Shown one piece after another: positions 1 through 10,891 of a stretch of 64,000 bases of DNA. How positions within the stretch are numbered: position 1 is the first letter of the stretch; each line of letters starts with the position of its first letter. The stretch comes from a virus: positions 5,416-69,415 of IMG/VR virus record IMGVR_UViG_3300032163_000011; one strand, 5' to 3'. Below the pieces are notes generated by a model that searched no databases, was not told the DNA's origin, and worked only from the letters and a program-made list of their open reading frames with translations. A program made the translations under genes and the position numbers.

Positions 1-3000
1 CTCATTGTTACCAGCAAAATTCTCAGGCTTGCCCTGTCCTTCAATTATCTTGGCGGCAACATCCTTGCCGATGTGGTTCTCAAGTTCTTTCTCAGGGATA
101 GCCTCACCAATTAAATTTCCCCGGCCATCTTTCTGGTAACTGAGTTTATATGTGCCGTCAGGGTTTTTCTGATAATCCAAACCATCAATTTTCTTTGAAA
201 GATCATACCGCTGCTTAACCATATCCCCATTAACGACCATCACCCCGTCGTAGCCGTTCTCGGCGGCGTACCGGATGGCCTGTTTCAGCGCGACCTCGTG
301 CCAGCTCTTGGCGAAGGGGAGAGGGGGCGGTCCATTTTGGGCATTGGCGATATTTTTATCGTTTAATTCTCGATATTCCTGACGTTCTGCTTCGGTAAAT
401 TCACCTGTAGCAATTTTTTCAGAAAGCCTTTTCCATCTATAAAATTCTTCGTTTGTAAATTCAACCTTATACCCCTTACTCCTCCCCTCCCTGGCCCAAT
501 CGCTCTGTGTCTCCGTGACCACCAGGAACTTCTTCCCGGTCTTGGGGTCAACGTAGTCGGCCAGGAAGACGTGGGCGAAGCGATTTACGTCCGCGGCGGT
601 GTCGCCGTAGGCGTGGGCGGAGGGAACACGGTAAAGACCTTCCGGTTGATTCCCTGGAATAGCCCCACGTTCAAAATAATCTTGTGCCCTCTGCCTTGCT
701 TCGGCCTCAGAATGACCAGCGGCAAATCCGACCCCTTCTGCATTGACGGCCAAAAACCATTCACCATCTCGAATGATTTTAAAATCAGGATGAGGGATAT
801 TAGCTGGCAGCGTCAGCAGCATCTCCCGCCGGTTGGTGAAGGACTCCGGCAGGTCGGTTAGGTAGGACTGGAATTGGGTGGCACCAGGGAATGGACCTTC
901 CCCAGCAGGACTTTCATTCTCAGTTAAGAAATTACGCTTCTCCACCACCTTAACCCGGACCTCACCCTCCTTCAGCTTGTCCAGGATTTGTTGCTTCGTC
1001 ACCGTCCCCTTCTGTTCCCGGAGCCAGGGGATGATACCGGACACCTTGAGTTCGTCAGCCTTGAACTGCCCCTTGGCACCCCAGCCCTCGATGAGTTTAG
1101 CCAGGTCTGCCCCGGTGCCCTTACCAGGGAGTTTTATTTCCAGGTGGTTCTGCATCTGGGAGAAGAAGACAGGGCCGTACCGGCGGGCTTCCTCGACGGA
1201 ATACCTCTTACCATCGGCCGGCAACGGAATGTCGAATAGCCCCCCACCGCCCCCGCCAAAGAGGCCCTGCTGCCTTCCGGGAGTCGCCGCACCGCCGAGT
1301 TTCTGTTGCTCTGCTTCAGACAGGCCAGAGCGCACCATCCGGTGGAACATCTCCGGATCGGCCACCATGTTGGCGACTTGATCGTTTTCGGCTTTGGGGA
1401 AGGAACGGAGGACCTGTGAGGCTTTATCCCGGTCGATGTCGGGATACTCGCCCTGAAGTTCGGTGAGGCGGGTTTCTAACTTTGAGGTTGGCCTTTCCTG
1501 GGCGCTAAGGCCAGGGGCAGCCTCTTTGACGGAGTATTTGGTAGTGGACCCTCCGGGGCCGGTTGGTAATTCTCCAGGGGCGGCAGGTGCGGGTACTTTT
1601 CCGCGTACTTTTGCTCCAGCAACTTGGCCAAGTCCGGCGGCGTCGCGGTCGGATTCGAGGGCTTGAGGGAGTCTGGCATAAAATTCTTCCTTGACCTGAG
1701 TTTTGTTACCGCTCTCTTGTAATTTAGCGGCAAACTCTTTAAAAAGCAAGTTGGTTTTGGAGCCTGGCACAAAGGCGGCCTTGTCCAAAACAGCTAACCC
1801 AATGGCTGCGTCGTTGGAAATCTTCTCGTTGATCTTGGGTTTTATCTTGTTGCCAGCCTCAATTAACTTCTGCGCTTTGGCGCTGACAGTCTTAAATAGA
1901 TTCTTTTCATTGGCCAGTTTCTTTGCTGCATAAGTCATCAGATCAGAATTTTCACTGACCAAGTTGGCCTTGGCAAAATCCTCGAACTCTTCCCCTAAAA
2001 TCGGTTGCCTGGTAGGCACCACCTTCGAGAACTCAGCAAACCGAATATCGTTCTTCAACTTCTCATCGGAAATAGAGATATTTCCGTTCTTATCCGTGTG
2101 CTTCTTCTGGATTAATCTATAAATGGCCTCCTGGGCATCCGGGTTACCAGGGAGTTGTTCGCCGATGATGGCACCCTTTGGAGCGGGGAAGTCACCCTTA
2201 GCAACCGCGGTAAAAATGGGCTCAGAGAGGTTGGCCAACCCGGTGGCAATCAGGGTATGCTCGGAATTAAGATCAATGCCATTTTGGCTTAGGTCTTCAA
2301 TCGTGAGACCAAAATCCCGGATAGCCTTGGCCGAATCCACCACGGTCCCGGTCCGCTGGCGGATGTTGGTCAGGGCCGCGGTGGCACGGGCCTCTTCCAC
2401 GGTGAAGACATTGCCATCGTAAATCCGTACCCCGTAGCCACTGACACCCACCCGGTCCCCGGCGGTTATCCGGGAATGGCCATCCATCAACTCCACATGG
2501 CCATCGGGATAGCGGTACAGGGATGTCTCTCTGGCCGCCTGAGCATCCCATTGGGATTTGTTCTTGACGTGGGCCAGGGCTTGGCCGGCCCCGGTTTCGG
2601 CCATCTTGTGCTGCCAAACATCGGGGTTAAGCTGGATCTGATCACGAGGGAAGTTGTCATGGTAGGAGACGCCGGAGGTCTCCGGTGCCACCCTCTCCCC
2701 GGAGACCATCCGTTCGCTGTCAGTCCTCAGACCTTCCGGGGCCCTCTGATTGGAACCGAACTTCTGAGTAAACTCTTCCGGGGTCCTGGGAGCTATCGCC
2801 TGGGGGAGTTTGCTTCTCTTCCCCTTCGCCTCAACCGGGGCGGGGATGGCCTCCTCCAATGCCCCAGGCACCGCTGGCGGGGCGATCTCCTCCGGGGCCG
2901 TGGTCTTTATTACCCCGTACTTCTCCGCCAAGTCGGGATACGCCTCGAAGTGGCCTAACTCTGAAGATTGTTCGTGAGTTAATCGTCCAGTAGAAAGATA

Positions 3001-5049
3001 ACGGTCAACTTCCGCTTTGTGGGTTTTTGTAGCTATTTCAATTTCTCTCTCTGATTTTGCATTTTTATATTTAAGGTACTCAGACAAAGATTTTTCATAA
3101 GTTGACTTGGGTATTTCGGAGGTCTTTATTGACACTCCGGGAATAATGACCCCACCAGCTTCTTCGGCAGGCCGGGCCAAGTTCTCCGCCTCGGCTCCAG
3201 ACGACCCCATGGGTGCCATCGGGCCTGTAGGCTCCGGAACGGCTGCCTTGGGTTTTGCTTCACCCGCCGGCGTCGGCGAGATACCCACCGTCCCCCCACC
3301 GCCAGCCCGGGCCGGTGCGCTGGAAGGAGGTTCTTCAGGAGGCGGGGCCTTGGCCTTGGTCGGCTCCGGAGCGGCGGTGCCCGGCAAGGAGGTGGAACCG
3401 GGAGGGGGAGCCGCCGCCCCAGGCGCCGGTGTCTCTGTGGCAACACCCCGTCCCATGGGCTGATCTATAATTCCAGCCGGGGCCGGGGTTACCTCTTTCT
3501 GCTGCTCCGTGGCCAGGGAAGACATCTCCGGGAATTCTTTCAGGGCCGTGTCAGCGTCGCCCTTCTGGTAGAGATCATAGAACCGCTCGGCCCGGGCTTG
3601 GTCGCCGATCTGGGGCACCAGGGCCCGAACTGCATCAGCTTGGTTCGCTTGACCTTCGATAGTCTCCCCCAACTTCCCGCCGAAGATGGCCTCTTTCTTG
3701 GCTTCAGGGGTGAGGGTGGTCACCTCTGGGGTTTTACCAAAGGCAGATTCCCCGGTCTGGTCCACCCCATATTTCTGAGCGATAGTCTGGAGATCCTGTT
3801 GAACCTTTTCAGCCACCGCGGGGTCAGGAGCCGGAGCGTTCGGGTCTTCCTTGACCTTGCCCTGAAAGACATCCATCACCTCTTTAAATTCGTCATCACT
3901 GAGGTTGTAGTCCTTCTTAAATTTATCCACCCAGCGGCGCATCAATTCCTGTTGCGGTTGCCCCCGGGTGCCGAACATGTGGGTGCCGTAGCCTACCCCA
4001 AACTGCACGGCCAGGGAAACCGGGTCACGGTCTCCGCCGATGGCGCTGGCTCCCATCATAGCGGTTCCGGTTGCCAAGCCTTCCAGTTGCCGCACCAGGT
4101 AAGGATTAGAGACTACCTTAGCGAAGGGCAAGGATTGGGCGACAGTGAACAGGACCGCCGAAGGGATCGACCCCTTAGCCGCCTCCAGCATCGCCGCCGG
4201 ATCATGTCCTTGCGCCGTGGTCTTGGCCGAATCCACCAAGCCAAAAGTCATAAGGTTGGTAGCAAATTTCTGTAAAAAGGTCGAGGCCCCGCCACCGCCG
4301 CCAGCCATCATCATCGGGGCGAATCCGGCCAAGCCGCCAATAATCTTCCCCGGCATGGTGACATATTCATCACCTTCCCCGGACATCGGCAAACCAAGTT
4401 GCGAACCCTTCAGGAAGGCGCTCCCGGCCTCCTTGACCTTATCGGAAATACCCCACCACGACTGCGGCCCGCTGGTGACATCACCGTGTTTGATGAGGCG
4501 TTCCGGAATGGACAGAAGATTTTCCAAGCCTTGGACTACAGTTTCCACGCTCCCCACAATAGGTTCAAAGAAGCCACGAGTGACCTCCGGGATGTTCTTG
4601 GCAACCCTCTCGGCTGTGGTTTCTGGTCCTACAGGAACGCCCGGAACCGGAGCAGTGGCCCCCGGTAACACACCTTGGGGCTGTTCGGGAGGAGTCACTT
4701 GGGCGGGCGAAGCCGCTGGTTCTTCCTGTCTCCCGCCGAAGTCAGGAATGGCTTCCGCTGGACTCGGCGACATGGCCGGCTGGCGAGGCGCGATGGCCGG
4801 GGGCAGATAGCCGCCCATAGGCCCAGGGACCTTCTCGGGCGGCTTCGGTGCTTCCTCAACCGGCGCGGCCGCTGCAGGCGCAGGCGCGGGCTTGGCCGAC
4901 AGTATGCCCTCAAACTTTTTCACCAAATCAACAGGGGGAGCGGCCTCACCAGGAGGCGGGGTGCCACCGGGTTGCGGGGCCTCCTGCTGTTTAAGGATAC
5001 CCTCAAATTTGGCGATTAAGGGGTTATCATTCTGCTGTAAGTCGGCCAT
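1..5049 (-). CDS. Giant virion/ejection-type 'polyvalent' protein (>1680 aa, runs off left edge) with a ParB-like domain
   Basis: Absent from the ORF track because no stop lies in the window. ATG at 5049 (MADLQQNDNPLIAKFEGILK); spot-checked segments at 1-30, 300-810 and 2460-2520 read in the same frame. Motifs LYRYPDGHVELMDGHSRITA (ParB-like DGHxR) and PFAKSWHEVALKQAIRYAAENGYDG. Confidence 0.8.
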   Translation of the reverse strand, partial: MADLQQNDNPLIAKFEGILKQQEAPQPGGTPPPGEAAPPVDLVKKFEGILSAKPAPAPAAAAPVEEAPKPPEKVPGPMGGYLPPAIAPRQPAMSPSPAEAIPDFGGRQEEPAASPAQVTPPEQPQGVLPGATAPVPGVPVGPETTAERVAKNIPEVTRGFFEPIVGSVETVVQGLENLLSIPERLIKHGDVTSGPQSWWGISDKVKEAGSAFLKGSQLGLPMSGEGDEYVTMPGKIIGGLAGFAPMMMAGGGGGASTFLQKFATNLMTFGLVDSAKTTAQGHDPAAMLEAAKGSIPSAVLFTVAQSLPFAKVVSNPYLVRQLEGLATGTAMMGASAIGGDRDPVSLAVQFGVGYGTHMFGTRGQPQQELMRRWVDKFKKDYNLSDDEFKEVMDVFQGKVKEDPNAPAPDPAVAEKVQQDLQTIAQKYGVDQTGESAFGKTPEVTTLTPEAKKEAIFGGKLGETIEGQANQADAVRALVPQIGDQARAERFYDLYQKGDADTALKEFPEMSSLATEQQKEVTPAPAGIIDQPMGRGVATETPAPGAAAPPPGSTSLPGTAAPEPTKAKAPPPEEPPSSAPARAGGGGTVGISPTPAGEAKPKAAVPEPTGPMAPMGSSGAEAENLARPAEEAGGVIIPGVSIKTSEIPKSTYEKSLSEYLKYKNAKSEREIEIATKTHKAEVDRYLSTGRLTHEQSSELGHFEAYPDLAEKYGVIKTTAPEEIAPPAVPGALEEAIPAPVEAKGKRSKLPQAIAPRTPEEFTQKFGSNQRAPEGLRTDSERMVSGERVAPETSGVSYHDNFPRDQIQLNPDVWQHKMAETGAGQALAHVKNKSQWDAQAARETSLYRYPDGHVELMDGHSRITAGDRVGVSGYGVRIYDGNVFTVEEARATAALTNIRQRTGTVVDSAKAIRDFGLTIEDLSQNGIDLNSEHTLIATGLANLSEPIFTAVAKGDFPAPKGAIIGEQLPGNPDAQEAIYRLIQKKHTDKNGNISISDEKLKNDIRFAEFSKVVPTRQPILGEEFEDFAKANLVSENSDLMTYAAKKLANEKNLFKTVSAKAQKLIEAGNKIKPKINEKISNDAAIGLAVLDKAAFVPGSKTNLLFKEFAAKLQESGNKTQVKEEFYARLPQALESDRDAAGLGQVAGAKVRGKVPAPAAPGELPTGPGGSTTKYSVKEAAPGLSAQERPTSKLETRLTELQGEYPDIDRDKASQVLRSFPKAENDQVANMVADPEMFHRMVRSGLSEAEQQKLGGAATPGRQQGLFGGGGGGLFDIPLPADGKRYSVEEARRYGPVFFSQMQNHLEIKLPGKGTGADLAKLIEGWGAKGQFKADELKVSGIIPWLREQKGTVTKQQILDKLKEGEVRVKVVEKRNFLTENESPAGEGPFPGATQFQSYLTDLPESFTNRREMLLTLPANIPHPDFKIIRDGEWFLAVNAEGVGFAAGHSEAEARQRAQDYFERGAIPGNQPEGLYRVPSAHAYGDTAADVNRFAHVFLADYVDPKTGKKFLVVTETQSDWAREGRSKGYKVEFTNEEFYRWKRLSEKIATGEFTEAERQEYRELNDKNIANAQNGPPPLPFAKSWHEVALKQAIRYAAENGYDGVMVVNGDMVKQRYDLSKKIDGLDYQKNPDGTYKLSYQKDGRGNLIGEAIPEKELENHIGKDVAAKIIEGQGKPENFAGNNE

Positions 5050-5060
5050 CTTTTAGGCTC

Positions 5061-6113
5061 TTAGAAACCTGGGGTTTCGTATCGTTGGTCAGGAGACGGT
5101 GCTGCTGCCCGAGAACTCTGCTGCAACTGCGGGGCAAACTTCAATATGACTTGCCGATAATGCTCTGGACTCTGCTGCTTCAGATCGCTGAGTTCCTGGG
5201 CATTGAAACCGAGTTTATGTGCATCCAAAGCCGCTTGGTTGAACAGCGGCTCAAACTGCCGTACCTGAATATTTTCGTGGTAGCGATTCTTCCCCTCCCC
5301 CGGATGGTCCTGTTCCCAAGCTCTGGCATCGGCGTAATCGGCGTGAGCCGCTTCATTTTCTTTGGGAACCGACCCCCCAAACATGGACTTATAGTATTTA
5401 TCGAAGTTGACACCCGCCGCTGAGCGGGCCTGGGCCGCATTTTCTCTCTTTAACCCTGCAAGTTTTTCATCCTCAACAAGGCCCTGTTTCCGCCATAATT
5501 CTCCATGGCTGGGCGGTTCCTTGGTGGCCTGAATTTCCGCGAGCGTCTGCCCCGGAGCCCGGTAGCCGCCAAATTTTCCCTCCACCGCTTCCCGTGCCCC
5601 GGGCTGGGCCTCCACCGGCAAGTTCTCGATGGCCACCAGGTTCTTTCCCTTCTCGAACCGGTTCGAGGCCTGGCCAGCCTGCAATGGGGTAGCAAACTCC
5701 TGCAACTGCGGCCCCCCGGTGTCGGTGGCGAAGGTCTGCCTGGTGCCCCGGATGACCCCTATGGGCGCAGGCGCGCCGGCCCCGGCATTGTAGGCGGTGG
5801 GTTCGAGGCCCCCGACCAGGTTGGCGCCCTTGACGCTGCCAGTACCTTCTCCGCCAGCCGGGACCCCCCCGGGCCACCCGCCTGTTGGCCGGTAATGGGT
5901 CAGGGTGCCAGAGCCCTTGATAGCAGGATCGGCACCGGCCCTTAACGACTGATCCTCATGCGCCCCGGCGATAAGGGCCTGTCCGCGTATCTGAGCGGCA
6001 GCGTGTTCCCTGGCCGCCGCCACTTGACCCGCAGCAGCAGCTTCCGCTTGGGTAGGGTTGCCGAAGGCGGCTCCCTTAATATCGGTCGTTCCACGAGTGT
6101 CGTACCACGCCAT
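5061..6113 (-). CDS. Putative internal virion/ejection protein
   Basis: 350 aa, Ala/Gly/Gln-rich, RBS AGGAGG, directly upstream of the giant protein. Confidence 0.55.
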   Translation of the reverse strand: MAWYDTRGTTDIKGAAFGNPTQAEAAAAGQVAAAREHAAAQIRGQALIAGAHEDQSLRAGADPAIKGSGTLTHYRPTGGWPGGVPAGGEGTGSVKGANLVGGLEPTAYNAGAGAPAPIGVIRGTRQTFATDTGGPQLQEFATPLQAGQASNRFEKGKNLVAIENLPVEAQPGAREAVEGKFGGYRAPGQTLAEIQATKEPPSHGELWRKQGLVEDEKLAGLKRENAAQARSAAGVNFDKYYKSMFGGSVPKENEAAHADYADARAWEQDHPGEGKNRYHENIQVRQFEPLFNQAALDAHKLGFNAQELSDLKQQSPEHYRQVILKFAPQLQQSSRAAAPSPDQRYETPGF

Positions 6114-6116
6114 GGC

Positions 6117-7172
6117 TTAATCCTCCTTCTCAGTGTCGATCCCAAAAAACATCAGGGGGACGATCACCCACTTGTCCTTATCAAAGGCCTTTTCCTCTGA
6201 CCCTTTTGTATCGTCATCTTTCCAGGTCTCAGTTTTTTTGTCCGATTCTATGTCTTTTAATACCGCAACCCTATCGTCCACGCGGTATTCAGCAAAGTCA
6301 GAGGGCCGGACATCCTTGATCTCGTTTTTTCGCCACTGCACCGTGTAGGTGGGATAAGGCCGATCATCCGTGGGGTCCTGTATCTCCTTAATCACCGCCC
6401 CGGACAGGTAAACGGTATCCGCCCAATTTCCACTAAAGAGGAGGGGAGAACTTTCCTGATCCCACCAGGGTTTGTCCGGCATCAGGCGGACCCCCAAGGC
6501 TACGAATTCGCCAGGATAAGGGAATTTGGCCGGGTTGCCATTTATTTTCTCCGGGAAAGGGACCCGTACCCACCACTTCAACCCTCCGGGTTCTGGTTCC
6601 CCTTTAAGCCCGTCAATCCAGCACATGGCATATTGGGTGTCCAGGTACATATAAGTTAGCAGGGTGCGAACATCCTCGTACCCTTCAAAAAAACTATCCG
6701 GCATTGGTGAGGTGGGCTGGCCCTTGCCATCCTGGACCGGCAATTTCCCCGCTTTGTAGGCCGCCCGAGCGGAGATTTCCCCCACCAGCACCATCATTTC
6801 CGTGCACTCCATAGGGAAGCCGCAAAGAAAATCTGCGAACCCCATCACCCCCTCGCCCCCGGTGCCCTTATCTGAAAATTGAGATTCCTCGCCATATTTC
6901 TTAATTTCAAACCGTCCCAGGAAAAGAACCCGATCCTTATCAATATTAATAGGATAGATTTTAAAACGGTCGAAGAATTTATCCAGAGAATCCCCGGCCT
7001 GTGTTAAAAGGTCATCCATTTGCGGCTCTTTTCTGAAAAGCCAATAAGTAGCTTCGGGCCAAACTTCTCCAAACGAAGTATCGAAGCCATTTTCAGGGCT
7101 GGAACTTAAAAGGCCTAAATTATCATCTGCCATCTGTCTTAACCCTCCTTCTGAATCCACATATGATCCCAA
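6117..7172 (-). CDS. Hypothetical virion-module protein
   Basis: 351-aa ORF packed in the late operon; start may be MADDNL at 7133. Confidence 0.6.
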   Translation of the reverse strand: MGSYVDSEGGLRQMADDNLGLLSSSPENGFDTSFGEVWPEATYWLFRKEPQMDDLLTQAGDSLDKFFDRFKIYPINIDKDRVLFLGRFEIKKYGEESQFSDKGTGGEGVMGFADFLCGFPMECTEMMVLVGEISARAAYKAGKLPVQDGKGQPTSPMPDSFFEGYEDVRTLLTYMYLDTQYAMCWIDGLKGEPEPGGLKWWVRVPFPEKINGNPAKFPYPGEFVALGVRLMPDKPWWDQESSPLLFSGNWADTVYLSGAVIKEIQDPTDDRPYPTYTVQWRKNEIKDVRPSDFAEYRVDDRVAVLKDIESDKKTETWKDDDTKGSEEKAFDKDKWVIVPLMFFGIDTEKED

Positions 7173-8314
7173 GCCGTGTGAATCTGAAACTTATGTTGAC
7201 TACCGTAAACCGCCGCCTGGGCCGCATTGACCAGGATTGCCATGGCGGCCCGCGCAGCCGCCATGGAGACCCTGTTGGCGCTCTCGGCGGCAGATACGGC
7301 CACACGGCCATCTGCTTCCGATAACAAAAGTCCTGCTTCCACTCCGGTCGCGGCAGTAGCCGCTGCCTTTTCTGCCGCTGCCACCGCCACGGTGCTCGTC
7401 GCCTCATCCACTACCACCTGGGCCCCTATCACCTCAGCACTTGCCAACGCCGCAATGGCCCCCACGATTATTGACTGGTCCGCAGCCCTGATGCCTTCTG
7501 TGGCGGCTCGCTGCTCCCATAATGCCAACATATCAGCCAAGTGTTGACCAATAATACCGAAGGCCTGGTCAATCCCGGCACTTTCCACCGCCAGAGTGAT
7601 GGCCGATATTTGCTTGGTGACGGCCTCAGCAAAGAGCATGACCACATCAGCCTGTAGTTCAAGGCTCTCTGCCTGGGTCATGGCTATTTGCACCTGCGCT
7701 TCAACGACCTTCACAGCCGCTTCTTCTGCCCCGATGTTAGCCATTAAGGCCCGCACTCCGGCCTTGGCCACTTCCAGTTTTTCCTTGGCGAGGTCGGCCT
7801 GGACCATGGCCTTCTGAATACCTTCGATTTCGATCTTGACCCCGATTTCCTGGACGCGTACCGCCTCTTTTTCCACCCCTAATTGATGTTTGGCGGCTTC
7901 GGCGACCAGTTGGGACACTTCCGCCTGGCCGGCGAATTCCCGCGCCGCCATGAGCAGACCCCGAACCTGGGCGTCATAGACCCGGGCGGCAAAGAGAACA
8001 TTATCCGCCCCGATCTTTAGGGCAATTCGTGTCCGCTCCGTTGCCGCTTTCTCCGTAGCCAACAAATTACTCTGATCTACTTCAGCCTGGGATTGGACCA
8101 CGCTTTGGTCACGTTCGTATTCCTTGACCTCAAAGACCTCATCAGTCATGGCCAGATACGATTCCACCTCAGTCCGGTATAAATCATTGAATAGAGACTC
8201 ATCTTCGGCCAGGGGTGTTCCGACCAACAAGCCGACCCAAATGGTGCCGTTACGGCTCCTGGTACGCTGCTGTAATTCGCTTTTGCTGTTAGGGTCTGTG
8301 GAAATCATAGCCAC
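7139..8314 (-). CDS. Coiled-coil Ala/Glu-rich virion protein
   Basis: 391 aa, helical composition, operon context. Confidence 0.6.
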   Translation of the reverse strand: MAMISTDPNSKSELQQRTRSRNGTIWVGLLVGTPLAEDESLFNDLYRTEVESYLAMTDEVFEVKEYERDQSVVQSQAEVDQSNLLATEKAATERTRIALKIGADNVLFAARVYDAQVRGLLMAAREFAGQAEVSQLVAEAAKHQLGVEKEAVRVQEIGVKIEIEGIQKAMVQADLAKEKLEVAKAGVRALMANIGAEEAAVKVVEAQVQIAMTQAESLELQADVVMLFAEAVTKQISAITLAVESAGIDQAFGIIGQHLADMLALWEQRAATEGIRAADQSIIVGAIAALASAEVIGAQVVVDEATSTVAVAAAEKAAATAATGVEAGLLLSEADGRVAVSAAESANRVSMAAARAAMAILVNAAQAAVYGSQHKFQIHTAWDHMWIQKEG

Positions 8315-9523
8315 CTACTTCGCAATATATTTGTACGTCATAGAATCCACTTCAGTAAAGATGTTCTGCACGCCGCTGGCATTAACCCTACCCTTTTCGG
8401 AGACACCTACTGAATTGATACTGGCCAGAAGCGGCCCAAGTTCCGACGCGATGATGCCGGCCTGACCACCGCTTTGCTTCAAACTTGCCGCTACTCGATT
8501 CAGGGTGTGATCTAATTCAGCCTGCCACCGAATACCGACTCGGGTAATCTCGGCCCCTTGGCGAATGCCGATAGCCGACTCCCGGGCGGCGGTTTGGGCA
8601 AGTTGTACGGTTGTCCGGCTGGCCGTCCGGGACAACTCCACCGCATCTGAAGCCCGAACCACGGCATCCTTGGCTATCTCATAGCTCAATTCCGCCCTTT
8701 TAATGGCACTTTCAGCATTTGCCTCAGCCAGTTTTAAAACGTTTTTCTGGGACCCCAGGTTCTCGATTGCCTTTCTGTTTTCTGCATCCGTGGTTATAGC
8801 AGCGGCCAATTCTGTTTTGGCGGCAGCCTTTTCCCCATAGATTGGAATCATACTTTGTTTAATTGCGGCAACTTCCGCTTCCGCGGTGACCACCTGTTCC
8901 AGAGCGGCGGCCCGGGCAGTTTCAGCCGACAATACCAGATTCTCAGCCGCTATCACCTCGTAGATTGCAGCAATAATGTCCAGTCGCGCCTCGGCAGTAG
9001 CCAACTGAGCGGCTAACAAATTCGTTTCAGCCCCCAAGGTGGACCGCTCGGCAGCGATCAGGGCTATTTGGCTATCTGTCACCTGCTGCTGCGCTGTTGC
9101 CTTAGCCGTGATGATGGCGCCTTGGCGCCCTTCAATCTCAGCCTGGAGCCGTTCCACATCAGCCCGCTGACCCTCCTTCAAGACCTCTTCCTCGGTCTGT
9201 TCGATGCTTACCTGATTCAAAATTTGCTCACGGTAGAGTTCCATCGCCAGCTTGGCGACCGCCACCGCTAACTTCAACTGAAATTCGGTCAACTCGAAAC
9301 CCCGGCCCCGCTCTTCATCATAGAGCTTCCCATTGGCCTCAACCAAGGCCTTCTTGGTCTTGGCACCCACCACCAGGAGTTGCGACAGACCTTCGCCGGT
9401 GACCGCGGGGAAGCCCCGGGCGGCAGAGTCATCCAGAATCGTGTCCCGGGCCTCCAGATATTTATCCATCTCTTGGTTGGTGGCCAGGGCCCAACGGGCG
9501 CTTTCATGGCGATCATATTCCAT
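8315..9523 (-). CDS. Coiled-coil Ala/Glu-rich virion protein
   Basis: 402 aa, helical composition, abuts the downstream gene. Confidence 0.6.
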   Translation of the reverse strand: MEYDRHESARWALATNQEMDKYLEARDTILDDSAARGFPAVTGEGLSQLLVVGAKTKKALVEANGKLYDEERGRGFELTEFQLKLAVAVAKLAMELYREQILNQVSIEQTEEEVLKEGQRADVERLQAEIEGRQGAIITAKATAQQQVTDSQIALIAAERSTLGAETNLLAAQLATAEARLDIIAAIYEVIAAENLVLSAETARAAALEQVVTAEAEVAAIKQSMIPIYGEKAAAKTELAAAITTDAENRKAIENLGSQKNVLKLAEANAESAIKRAELSYEIAKDAVVRASDAVELSRTASRTTVQLAQTAARESAIGIRQGAEITRVGIRWQAELDHTLNRVAASLKQSGGQAGIIASELGPLLASINSVGVSEKGRVNASGVQNIFTEVDSMTYKYIAK

Positions 9524-9526
9524 GAT

Positions 9527-10882
9527 TTACCTCTTGTTCAAAGGCAAGACCGCTATTTCAAGATGTGACAACTGCTCGAAATCCACGATATCCAGAGTGA
9601 ATAGCTGGGATTCCAAATCCCGACTGACCACGACCCGGCCCCCGTTATCCTCCGGTATAAAGGTCCCTTCACCAGTATCCGCCTTGACCCGGACCTGGGC
9701 GCTGTCCCCGCACCTTCCCAGGTGAACACTCCGGAGCCTCTTGTGCTTTTCGCTGGCAAAATTGGTGACCAGTCTGACCCCTGGGTGGATCGACTGGCCA
9801 TCATCATCAGGTCCGCCCAGGAGATAGATGCCATCCGGACCAGCAGCATATTCCCGGCCGCGGTAGCGGGCATAAGAGTTGAAGTTGAACCCGGAGTAAA
9901 CGGAGGCGCCGAACTTATTCCCGGTAAGCACCCATGTTTCATAGGTCTCGACAGCTTCGGCCAGGGACCCGACGATCACCCCGCCCTGGGCGATGACCGC
10001 AAAAATCGCCGGAGTGATGCAGGCGAACCCGCCGGCCCCGGAAATTTGTACCTGCACTCCGGAGGTGGTGACCGCAAAGACCTCCGGTTGATCGAGAGCC
10101 ACCACCGCATCGCCGGAGATGACAACCCCGCCGCTGGCGATGACCGCGCTGACCAAGGTGGCCGGGTCGATGAAACCAGCCACCTGGAGCCGGTAATACC
10201 CCACCTCCACGCCGCCGGAGGCGACTACAGCGTAAATTGTGGGGGAGATAGGTTGTACGAACTGCGGAGCGCCACTCCCGCCAACCTGGACGCCGCCAGA
10301 GGCGATGAAAGCGGTGACCGTGGGTGCGGTAACGTCAACGAACCTGGCGACACCCTGGCCACCAAGCTCCACTCCGCCCTGGGCGATGACCGCATAGACC
10401 ACCGCCTCTATGAGAGCCGTTACTCCGGCCCCGCCGACCTCAACTCCGCCAGTGGCGACAATGGGGGCTGAAACTATAAAACTTACATCTCCGGCCCCTG
10501 AGACTTCTGCACCACCGGAACCGACGATCACCGCCGTAGTCCATGCAGGCGGCTGGATAACAATCCCTACGGTCCCGATAACCCCGGCTCCGGAAACCGC
10601 CACCCCGCCAGAACCGACAATTTGAACGACAGTCCAGATGGTCGGCGGTATGGCCGCACCTGTAAAAAAGACCGTCCCGGCCCCGTCAATCTGCACCCCG
10701 CCCGAGCCCACGACAGCAAAATCAAGGATTAGAACTTCAACTTGGGCCAGAAGTTGGGTAACCTTGATCAGGGGGGGGCTATCAGTCTCCACCTGGGAGA
10801 GGGCTTGCGTCACCTTGATCCGCGGTGTCGTGTCCGTCTCTACCTGGCTGAGAACCTGATTGACCTTGATTCGATTCGTCAT
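9527..10882 (-). CDS. Repeat-rich tail-associated protein
   Basis: Three N-terminal IKV(N/T)QxL(S/A)QVE repeats, then about ten (I/V)xxGGVx(V/I)(G/S)G repeats; C-terminal FNSYARYRGREYAAGPDGIYLLGG domain. Confidence 0.65.
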   Translation of the reverse strand: MTNRIKVNQVLSQVETDTTPRIKVTQALSQVETDSPPLIKVTQLLAQVEVLILDFAVVGSGGVQIDGAGTVFFTGAAIPPTIWTVVQIVGSGGVAVSGAGVIGTVGIVIQPPAWTTAVIVGSGGAEVSGAGDVSFIVSAPIVATGGVEVGGAGVTALIEAVVYAVIAQGGVELGGQGVARFVDVTAPTVTAFIASGGVQVGGSGAPQFVQPISPTIYAVVASGGVEVGYYRLQVAGFIDPATLVSAVIASGGVVISGDAVVALDQPEVFAVTTSGVQVQISGAGGFACITPAIFAVIAQGGVIVGSLAEAVETYETWVLTGNKFGASVYSGFNFNSYARYRGREYAAGPDGIYLLGGPDDDGQSIHPGVRLVTNFASEKHKRLRSVHLGRCGDSAQVRVKADTGEGTFIPEDNGGRVVVSRDLESQLFTLDIVDFEQLSHLEIAVLPLNKR

Positions 10883-10891
10883 GGCGTCCCT

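Noticed and set aside
363-5019. Many short ORFs listed in the track
   Set aside because: Shadows of the giant minus-strand ORF starting at 5049
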